NCBI GenBank assembly: GCA_964405715.1
Contig: CAYOOW010000002.1
Location: 23,597-87,596, forward strand
DNA length: 64,000 nucleotides
Direction of reading: 5' to 3'
Origin: an uncultured Bacteroides sp.
Lineage (GTDB): Bacteria; Bacillota; Clostridia; Lachnospirales; Lachnospiraceae
The translations under genes were made by a program, and so were the position numbers. Below are positions 1 to 7,456 of this stretch, piece after piece; within the stretch, counting starts at the first letter, position 1, and every line of letters begins with the position of its first letter. The notes below the pieces were generated by a model. That model had not been told where the DNA came from. It searched no databases and saw nothing but the letters and a program-made list of their open reading frames with translations.

Positions 1-93
1 ATAACGGAGGAGCGCCTTGACGCATCCGTCAGGCGGATTTTAGGCTGGAAATACAGCCTTGGCATTATGGAACTGTCGCATGAAGATAATTAA
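1..93 (+). CDS. C-terminal fragment (30 codons, ...VRRILGWKYSLGIMELSHEDN*) of a gene entering from upstream; possibly GH3/NagZ-like
   Basis: Frame 1 is open from the window edge to TAA at 91-93. The RRIL-x-K-x-x-LG motif resembles glycoside hydrolase family 3 proteins, but the fragment is too short to be sure. Confidence 0.3.
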   Translation: MTEERLDASVRRILGWKYSLGIMELSHEDN

Positions 94-94
94 A

Positions 95-128
95 ATAATA
101 TGGCATGCATATATACATGCCATATTAT
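95..128. terminator. Perfect 13-bp hairpin (ATAATATGGCATG / CATGCCATTATTAT-type arm CATGCCATATTAT, 8-nt loop) between convergent genes; also a copy of a dispersed repeat
   Basis: Read directly. It sits between the + stop at 93 and the - stop at 153. The stem is AT-rich and there is no clean U-tract. Confidence 0.45.
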
Positions 129-152
129 CTTAATTCGACAGCCCTGTAACAG

Positions 153-977
153 CTACGGTGCAATTCCGAATCCGTAGGTGTTGTCCGTCTTATACTGGTA
201 GATGTAAAAATTTTCTCCGTCATCGTTCTTTGATGACAATGTGATACAATATATATTCCGGTCGCAGATGCCAGTGATATCAATGTAAGGATATGCTGGA
301 ATGGGATAGTCGTCAATCTTTTCTGATATGGCATCTATGGTTATATTTTTGTCGCCTAATATATTGTTGATATTCTCATTCATGTAAACCTTTTTGACAG
401 GGGAAAAGGGCTTGCTGCTATCGTTTACCTGTGCTGCAAGAATGGTTCCGTTTTCGGTTATGAGTATCGTATGCTCAAGCATATTATCAAATTTTATGAA
501 ATGGACTACCCACAGATAAGTGGTGTATGTGTTGAACACAGTATCTGTGTAGCAGTACAGCTCTGTACTCCATGAATACCAGTTGCTGTATGAGGAGGAC
601 AGGGAATATGGGTATACGTTTTGTTCGTAATAATATTCCATCTGCTGCTTTGTCAGAGCTATGATTTCAGCTTCACTCAGTGTGCCTTCTCCGGGACTTA
701 CCTGAACACAGTTGCTTTCCCATACGCCGGATATCAGTTTGATACGGTCAAGAGAGGAGAGCTGTTGGGAGGCATTTTTAGCCATGGCTGTGCCTGAGGC
801 AAGGTAATAGCTTTCAGGCGCGGTCTCAACCACGGAGAGCTGTTTGTCGGTTGCTTTTCTCAATATCAGCTTAGGCAGTAGTATACCGCATGCCACAGCA
901 AGGCACGCGAGGGAAATCCCAAGGAGAAGAGAAAGTGAAAAGTTGTTTTTTGGCTGTTTACTGCTTTTATTTTTCAT
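153..977 (-). CDS. Single-pass membrane protein of unknown function, co-transcribed with the histidine kinase
   Basis: ORF 153..1091 trimmed to the ATG at 977 (MKNKSSKQPK... followed by hydrophobic helix LSLLLGISLACLAVACGILL). The start overlaps the HK stop by 11 nt. The extracytoplasmic part is Tyr/Trp/Ser-rich with no recognisable motif. Confidence 0.7.
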   Translation of the reverse strand: MKNKSSKQPKNNFSLSLLLGISLACLAVACGILLPKLILRKATDKQLSVVETAPESYYLASGTAMAKNASQQLSSLDRIKLISGVWESNCVQVSPGEGTLSEAEIIALTKQQMEYYYEQNVYPYSLSSSYSNWYSWSTELYCYTDTVFNTYTTYLWVVHFIKFDNMLEHTILITENGTILAAQVNDSSKPFSPVKKVYMNENINNILGDKNITIDAISEKIDDYPIPAYPYIDITGICDRNIYCITLSSKNDDGENFYIYQYKTDNTYGFGIAP

Positions 978-2445
978 CCTGTTTGTTCCCCTCTCTGTCA
1001 ATTTCCTGATTATTATTTTCTGCGGTTTCATCCTGTGTGCATATCGGAAAACGGATACGCATGGTGGTTCCTTTTCCCGGTTCGCTTTCAATCAAAAAAT
1101 CTGCATTGTGGCATTGGAACACCAGATTGGCAAGTGAAAGACCGAGTCCTGCGCCTCCCTCCCGACGGGAACGGGATTTGTCCACCATATAAAATTCATC
1201 GCATATGCGGGAGAGATGTTCGCTGCTGATTCCGATTCCAAAATCCTGTACCGTAAATTCGTATATGTCATCCGTGCGGATGCCTGTGAATCTGATAACC
1301 GAGTTGTACTCCGAGGCTTTCCGTGCATTGTCAATCAGATTGATAAAAGAGGATTTTAAAAGCGCGGTATCGCCCGTGAGCAGTATATTTTCAATCTGCA
1401 TGTCGAGCGAAATGTTTTTTTCTTTCAACGACGGCGTGACGCTGACTGATACAGCCTCTGCAAATTTTCCGGTCATAAACGGTTCGACGGTGATATCGTG
1501 CTGCTTGGTGTAGATAAAGTCAAATAATTTTTGCGACATGGATTCGAGACGCTTTCCTTCGCTGAATATGTAGGAAGCAGCCATAATCTGGTTTTCTCGT
1601 GTCATTTCCTTGGAACGGATTGTATCCGCATAGCCTATGATGGAGGTCATAGGTGTTTTCAGCTCATGTGTAAAGTCTGCAACAAATTGCTCCTTGCGCA
1701 CAATCATGTCCTTTAACTCGTCGACATGGTCGGAGACGGATTGCGCCATCTGATTATAGGTACGTGCAAGGGAGCCGATTTCATCCCGGGATTTTATGTC
1801 AGCGCGGGCGTCATAATTGCCCTCTCCAAAGGATTTGGAAATCTTATTCAGGGTTTCCAGCGGTCCGGTCAGCCACACGCTGATTACAAACATGCAGACG
1901 GAGCATACGAGCACGACCAGAACAAGCAGAAAACGGAAATATATGATTTGCTGTTCCATGAGGTCGTATGCACCTGTGATATCACGTCTGTTTATTATAT
2001 TGAGATTTGCATCGAAAACGGTACTGCATGAGGAGACAAAGATATATTTCTTCCCTGTGTCCTCGGTTAAGACATAATTTTTTTTGCCAATCTCGGTATT
2101 TTCCCATAATGCATCGGGATACAGGATGGAATCGTCGCTGTTGGTATATATCAGGCTGCCGTCATATACGATAAATATCGCCGATTGATTTGCCGACATG
2201 CTTGATGTGACCTCCGTACCGGTAACGGTCAGCTGGTCAATAAACTCCGATGTACGGCCGTTTATCGCATCTAACAGCTGGAATTCCACTGTGGACTGTA
2301 TCATGTTGTTTTCTTCTATCGCATTTTTTATCTGGGAATCAAGTGCCAGCTTGAAATTCTTGTCAATCATTAAAAATCCGACTGTTCCGATTCCGATGGA
2401 TAGAAGTATAATGTTGATAACGAGTACTTTGTATCTGAATTTCAT
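967..2445 (-). CDS. Sensor histidine kinase (2 TM, ~150-aa extracytoplasmic domain, HAMP, HisKA, HATPase_c)
   Basis: H-box FTHELKTPMTSIIGYADTI, N-box NLIDNARKA, G-boxes DFGIGI and GGAGLGLSLA, and a HAMP-like segment LTGPLETLNKISKSFGEGNYD. Confidence 0.95.
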   Translation of the reverse strand: MKFRYKVLVINIILLSIGIGTVGFLMIDKNFKLALDSQIKNAIEENNMIQSTVEFQLLDAINGRTSEFIDQLTVTGTEVTSSMSANQSAIFIVYDGSLIYTNSDDSILYPDALWENTEIGKKNYVLTEDTGKKYIFVSSCSTVFDANLNIINRRDITGAYDLMEQQIIYFRFLLVLVVLVCSVCMFVISVWLTGPLETLNKISKSFGEGNYDARADIKSRDEIGSLARTYNQMAQSVSDHVDELKDMIVRKEQFVADFTHELKTPMTSIIGYADTIRSKEMTRENQIMAASYIFSEGKRLESMSQKLFDFIYTKQHDITVEPFMTGKFAEAVSVSVTPSLKEKNISLDMQIENILLTGDTALLKSSFINLIDNARKASEYNSVIRFTGIRTDDIYEFTVQDFGIGISSEHLSRICDEFYMVDKSRSRREGGAGLGLSLANLVFQCHNADFLIESEPGKGTTMRIRFPICTQDETAENNNQEIDREGNKQDEK

Positions 2446-2460
2446 GAATGAAATGGCTCC

Positions 2461-3117
2461 TTATTTCCCCTCAAGCCGGTAACCGACCTTGTAGACAGTT
2501 TTGAGCTTGTGCTCGAGTCCGGCTTTTTTTCTTAGCCGCTGAATGTGCAAATCCAGCGTTCTGGTATCTCCAAAGTAGTCGCTTTCCCATATGGATTCAT
2601 AAATGCGCTCACGGAAAAGCGTGATGTTAATGTTGCGCACAAACATGACCAGCAGGTCAAATTCCTTTGGCGTCAGATCGAGAACAGTATCATTCTTTTT
2701 TGCGATTTTGTTGTCAGGATCAATGGTGATGTCCTCGTAATGCAGCATGGATGAGCTCTTGTTGTATCGTCGTAGAACAACATTGACGCGGGCGAGCAGC
2801 TCCACAATCTCAAACGGCTTTACAATGTAATCCTCGGCACCCAGTGTAAGCCCCTTTACTCTGTCGTTTAAAGCCGATTTTGCAGTCAGGAAAATGACAG
2901 GAATGTCGAGAGGTTTGATGTATTCCAACAGCTCGTAGCCGTCAATCTCAGGCAGCATGATGTCGAGCAACACCAGGTCAAAGGTGTGCGATTCAAGAAT
3001 ATTCGCGGCAGTCAGACCGTCATATGCGCAGGTACAGTCATATCCTGCATCGGACAGGTTTATTTTAATCAGGTCGGAGATTGGACGTTCATCCTCGACA
3101 ATCAGTATTTTTATCAT
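2461..3117 (-). CDS. OmpR/PhoB-family response regulator
   Basis: Receiver motifs (ILIVEDE, DLVLLDIMLPEIDG, LTAK) plus a winged-helix C-terminus (LTPKEFDLLVMF..., VYKVGYRL). It lies 15 nt upstream of the HK. Confidence 0.95.
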   Translation of the reverse strand: MIKILIVEDERPISDLIKINLSDAGYDCTCAYDGLTAANILESHTFDLVLLDIMLPEIDGYELLEYIKPLDIPVIFLTAKSALNDRVKGLTLGAEDYIVKPFEIVELLARVNVVLRRYNKSSSMLHYEDITIDPDNKIAKKNDTVLDLTPKEFDLLVMFVRNINITLFRERIYESIWESDYFGDTRTLDLHIQRLRKKAGLEHKLKTVYKVGYRLEGK

Positions 3118-3206
3118 GGTTATCCTCCCAATTTGAAAGCAGATTTACATGTTCCTTTTGTGTTCATGTACATCTGTTTGTAGTATATAATAGTTTGTCA
3201 AAAAAG

Positions 3207-3261
3207 TGTATCGAAAATGTATCAAATGTATCAAAATATGCTTGAAAGATACAAAATTGAT
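3207..3261 (+). promoter_or_regulatory. Candidate response-regulator operator: three direct TGTATC hexamers (3207, 3218, 3227) plus the inverted AGATACAAAATTGAT 15-mer (3247-3261)
   Basis: Read directly in the divergent intergenic region between the RR gene and lipoprotein gene 1. The identical 15-mer recurs upstream of lipoprotein gene 2. Confidence 0.4.
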
Positions 3262-3345
3262 GCAATTTATTTTATAATAAATATAAAAGATGTTTTTTAT
3301 ATAACACGAAAATGAAATCTATTATTATGCGAGAGGGGTAAAGAT

Positions 3346-4854
3346 ATGAGAAAAAATAAAAAAGGAAAGTGTTACAGAACCATTTTCAGCATAACACTTA
3401 TACTGTCATTTGTCATTGTCGGCTGCGGGAAGACAGACAGCAGTCAGATCGAGGCTGATATACAGGAAGTGGATGATGGCATCGGTACGTCTACGGACGC
3501 TGCCGTTGCCGATATCTCCGGTGAAATCCCGGAGCAGCTTACATATGAGATAGCAAATGCTGATGGCAGCATCTCCATTGACGTTGACGCGGAGGTGATT
3601 GTGCCGGAGGTGGAATCGTACAGTGTGTATGAGGAAAAACCGATTGCATTTGATGATGATTTTCTGAAAACACTGGCGGGAAATCTCTTCGACGGCGGTA
3701 TATATGAGCAGATAAAGCCGGCATGGATGTGCACGCAGGAGGAGTTTGCGACAGAACAGGAATATGTAAAGGCACTTACCCAACGATATGCGGGGCAGGT
3801 GGAGCTGCCGGGATATATACCGGGATGGTTACATAATCTGTATTATCATTATAATGAGATGAGCTACGATGGAAGCATGGTGGCAGAGCTTACAGAGGGA
3901 CAGCTGATTTACAGTTACATGGCATCATATGATATAGACGGAGAAACAATAACAGAGTGTTATGATAATTGTACATTGCGGGGAACTGTGGATGGTGAGG
4001 AGTGGATTCTTTACTATGAGAATTTTATTCCTAGCCCTTATCTTGATTCCGGTGTTCATGGGTCCGTTTACTCAGGGGGAACAATTTGCAGGCTGGTGAT
4101 TGCGCCTGTAAATCAAAAATATTATGGAGACTACAACATGGTACAGATGAGCAGCCCGGAAAATTATCTGGATACAACCACATATGGAGAGAATGTCAGT
4201 GATGAAACACTGTGCAGACAGATGGCATATGATTTTGTGGAAAAGCTTGGTTTGTCAGATGATATGGAGATAGTCTATGCAAATAATTATATTGTGACGG
4301 ATGAAGAGGAAGGCAGCATGCTTGACGGATACAGGATGTATCTGCTTCCTGTTATAAATGGAGTGCAGAATTATTTCAGCGACACGGGTTGTGTTGGCAC
4401 GGAAAAGGAGACGGATACAGAGGATGACGAGGAGTCGGGTTATCTGGTTGCTCTTCAGGAGTATATTGCGGTCGATGTGTCCTCTGAGGGCGTATGTGGT
4501 GTTCTTATCGGAAATCAGTATGAAATGGGAGAATGTATGACGAAGCAGGCGAATATGCTGACATTTGAACAGATTGACATGATAGCACAGGAGTATATGC
4601 AGGAGTACGTAAACGTGACTTTTAATACGGAATATTTGGTTGAAAACATAGAGCTTTCCATTGACAGAGTAGAGCTTTCCTATGCAACAATACAGTATGA
4701 GGAGGGATATTCAATCGTTCCGGTGTGGATGTATTACCTGGAATATGATAAAAAACGTATGTTTCATGAGGCGTTCTTTGGCATAAATGCATTGGATGGC
4801 AGTATTGTCACAATTATGCATATCGGAAACTATGATTATATGTTTTATCGTTAA
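3346..4854 (+). CDS. Lipoprotein of unknown function (paralog A, 502 aa)
   Basis: RBS GAGAGGGG 7 nt upstream. Signal peptide plus lipobox (LSFVIVGC-GK). It shares blocks with the next gene (IPEQLTYEI/IPEHLTYTL, CTLRG, LDGYRMYL/LDGYRFIF, GINALDGSIV/GVNALDGSIV). Confidence 0.85.
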   Translation: MRKNKKGKCYRTIFSITLILSFVIVGCGKTDSSQIEADIQEVDDGIGTSTDAAVADISGEIPEQLTYEIANADGSISIDVDAEVIVPEVESYSVYEEKPIAFDDDFLKTLAGNLFDGGIYEQIKPAWMCTQEEFATEQEYVKALTQRYAGQVELPGYIPGWLHNLYYHYNEMSYDGSMVAELTEGQLIYSYMASYDIDGETITECYDNCTLRGTVDGEEWILYYENFIPSPYLDSGVHGSVYSGGTICRLVIAPVNQKYYGDYNMVQMSSPENYLDTTTYGENVSDETLCRQMAYDFVEKLGLSDDMEIVYANNYIVTDEEEGSMLDGYRMYLLPVINGVQNYFSDTGCVGTEKETDTEDDEESGYLVALQEYIAVDVSSEGVCGVLIGNQYEMGECMTKQANMLTFEQIDMIAQEYMQEYVNVTFNTEYLVENIELSIDRVELSYATIQYEEGYSIVPVWMYYLEYDKKRMFHEAFFGINALDGSIVTIMHIGNYDYMFYR

Positions 4855-4871
4855 GGAGAATGGTATCCGGC

Positions 4872-4903
4872 AGATACAAAATTGATTTTACAATTCATGT
4901 ATC
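4872..4903 (+). promoter_or_regulatory. Second copy of AGATACAAAATTGAT (4872-4886) followed by TACAAT (4889-4894) and TGTATC (4898-4903)
   Basis: 15/15 identity with 3247-3261. It lies in the 91-nt gap before lipoprotein gene 2. Confidence 0.4.
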
Positions 4904-4945
4904 AGGTTGGAATGCGAGAGAATAATATGAAAAGGAGAGATATAA

Positions 4946-6394
4946 ATGAAGCGAAACGTTTGTTGGAATACAGGTTATAAGGTGAGAATAAACAGGCAGA
5001 ACAGGAAAAAACGAGCGGGCAGCAGGAGGGCTTTTGCAATTTTGCTGGCATGTCTGTTTTTGTTTTCCGGCTGCGGAAAAAGGGAAAAACTGGAGGAGGA
5101 CATGAGCAGGGTTGACACAGATATAAGCTCGGATTCGGATGCAGGGAAGGAGACTGTAGATATTCCCGAGCATCTGACCTATACTCTGGGCACATCGGGC
5201 TATAAATTTAATGTGGATGCAGATGTTACAGCTGCCGGTTATCAGAATGTGAAGGTCTATGAACAAAATCCCGGTACCGTGGATGATGAGTATCTTAAAA
5301 ATCTGGCTGAGCATATATTTGACGATGGGGAATATGAGGTGATAAAACCATATAATCTTTGTTCGATGGAGGAGCTACAGGAGGAAAACCAGTTTTTGCA
5401 GGAGCTGTATGAGGAGGCAGGCAAGGACGAGTATCCCTCATGGAAGATAGATGCATATATTGACAACTATAATGAAGAAAATGTGTCGGAGCTGCCGGAG
5501 GGGACATTAATATACCATTATTATGAAGAAACTTTCGAAGAGGGAACAATAGGTTTTGAAAGCTGCACACTGCGTGGGCTGGTGGACGGCAATATGGCGG
5601 AGCTGCGTTATCAGTCAACGGAGGGAGAATCCGGTACGCTTTATGTTCGCAGATATGTGTGTGATCATGTATATAAGAACTGTAATACAGAATATGAGCT
5701 TGCCTCTACCTTGTATGGAGAAAATTCATGCAATCTGGAGGAGGCTTCCCGCACAGCACAGGATATCATAGATAATATGGGATATACGGATATGAAGCAG
5801 CTTGCTGTGCAGCACAGGGTGATAAACGATGGATCTGAGGCAGAGCCGGAGACTAGCATATATTTGGACGGATACAGGTTTATTTTTGTGCGGGAGACGG
5901 ACGGAATCGAAAATATATTAGGCGAAATGCCATATGCTGTAATCATCAATGACAGCGTTGGGGAGGATATAGACGGTCTTCCGGGAGCCTGTCAGGAATT
6001 TATTTCTGTTGAAATTGATTCAACAGGAGTGGTTGGCATCACTTTTGGAATGCGATATGAAAGGGGCGAGCAGCTGTCAGACCAGCCGAGCATGCTGTCC
6101 TTTGAGCAGGTGGACGCAATCGCGCAGGACTATATGAATGATAAGTTGGAATTTTATAATCAGCATTCCGATGATTATACTTTCCAGATTGTTGCGGTAC
6201 GTCTGGGATATGTTACTCTGTTGTACGATACGCAGTACACATTGGTGCCGGTCTGGGTGTATGTGAAGGAGAATGACTTTGCAGACCAGACGCTTGACAG
6301 CATATCATTCGGCGTTAATGCACTGGATGGCAGCATCGTGTTGTTTGAATATGATAATGTATATGGAAATCCCAGTGAAAATTATTTTTATTAA
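4946..6394 (+). CDS. Lipoprotein of unknown function (paralog B, 482 aa)
   Basis: RBS AAAGGAGAG. Lipobox LFLFSGC-GK. Collinear similarity to 3346..4854. Confidence 0.85.
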   Translation: MKRNVCWNTGYKVRINRQNRKKRAGSRRAFAILLACLFLFSGCGKREKLEEDMSRVDTDISSDSDAGKETVDIPEHLTYTLGTSGYKFNVDADVTAAGYQNVKVYEQNPGTVDDEYLKNLAEHIFDDGEYEVIKPYNLCSMEELQEENQFLQELYEEAGKDEYPSWKIDAYIDNYNEENVSELPEGTLIYHYYEETFEEGTIGFESCTLRGLVDGNMAELRYQSTEGESGTLYVRRYVCDHVYKNCNTEYELASTLYGENSCNLEEASRTAQDIIDNMGYTDMKQLAVQHRVINDGSEAEPETSIYLDGYRFIFVRETDGIENILGEMPYAVIINDSVGEDIDGLPGACQEFISVEIDSTGVVGITFGMRYERGEQLSDQPSMLSFEQVDAIAQDYMNDKLEFYNQHSDDYTFQIVAVRLGYVTLLYDTQYTLVPVWVYVKENDFADQTLDSISFGVNALDGSIVLFEYDNVYGNPSENYFY

Positions 6395-6451
6395 TAAATT
6401 TGAATGCGTTTAGATATAAGCCGACGGATAGAGAGACATGGAGGAAAAACT

Positions 6452-7456
6452 ATGGGAAGAAAGAAATTGATACCGCTTTTGGCGACAGCAGCACTTCTTT
6501 TCACCGGTTGCGGAAATGGGGAGAAAATACATGAGGCAAAGGTGAACGTCCCGGAGTACGAAAAAATAATATATGATTCAGTTGAAGCCTGCCGTGGGGA
6601 TATCACACCGGTTCTTACGCTTAAACTGTCAGCGGTAAGCTATGAGAAGAAATCCTATTATCCTCTCTATGATGATATGGAGGTGGAAAGTGTAAATGTG
6701 GCTGTCGGTGATAAGGTAAAGAAGGGTGATGTTCTGATTACCTTTAAGTCGGGTGATATCGCTTCACAGATAAAGGAATATCAGAATCAGGTAGAACAGA
6801 ATAATCTTCTGATTGACCATTATACACGGCTGTCCCAGCTGGATGCATCGGTGGATTACAGCGCTGATCTGGCACGGCTTGGGGAGGACACGAAGGTTGC
6901 CAATCTGTATATACAGGAGCTTCAGGCAAAATTATCCTTCTACAGCATATGTGCGGAGGATGACGGAAGCGTATATATACTATCAGATTTACTTGATTAC
7001 GGGACGGTCGGTACATCAAATAATCTTATCACGCTGATATATGGAAACGGACAGTTCGAGGCGGAGACGACGGATGATTTTGATTTTCAGGTGGGTGAGA
7101 CATATATCGCCACATACGGAGTTGCCGAATATGAGTTGGAATTAATCTCTGTTGAGGAGAAGGGGGAGGATGTAAACGGAGAGACAGTCAGGACACTTCG
7201 ATTTCAGGCCGCGGCTGAAAATACGGATTTCAGCAACAGGGACAAGCTTACAATGACATTGGAAAAGCCGACGCTCACGGATGTCGTTTATGTACCCAAG
7301 GAATGTGTCTTTGATGTTGATGATGAGTACTATGTGTATTTGCTGGATGATGATGGTTTCAGAGATGCCGTCAGGGTGACGATAGGGAGCACCGTGGACG
7401 GATATACCGTGATTGAGTCAGGTTTAAACGAAGGAGACAGGGTGGTGATTCAGTGA
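6452..7456 (+). CDS. Membrane-fusion-protein (HlyD/MacA-like) lipoprotein, single module
   Basis: ORF 6404.. trimmed to the ATG at 6452 (RBS GGAGGAAAA). Lipobox LLFTGC-GN. Half-lipoyl motifs (VAVGDKVKKGDVLITF ... DDGSVYILSD) flank a helical segment. C-terminus FRDAVRVTIGSTVDGYTVIESGLNEGDRVV. Confidence 0.8.
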   Translation: MGRKKLIPLLATAALLFTGCGNGEKIHEAKVNVPEYEKIIYDSVEACRGDITPVLTLKLSAVSYEKKSYYPLYDDMEVESVNVAVGDKVKKGDVLITFKSGDIASQIKEYQNQVEQNNLLIDHYTRLSQLDASVDYSADLARLGEDTKVANLYIQELQAKLSFYSICAEDDGSVYILSDLLDYGTVGTSNNLITLIYGNGQFEAETTDDFDFQVGETYIATYGVAEYELELISVEEKGEDVNGETVRTLRFQAAAENTDFSNRDKLTMTLEKPTLTDVVYVPKECVFDVDDEYYVYLLDDDGFRDAVRVTIGSTVDGYTVIESGLNEGDRVVIQ

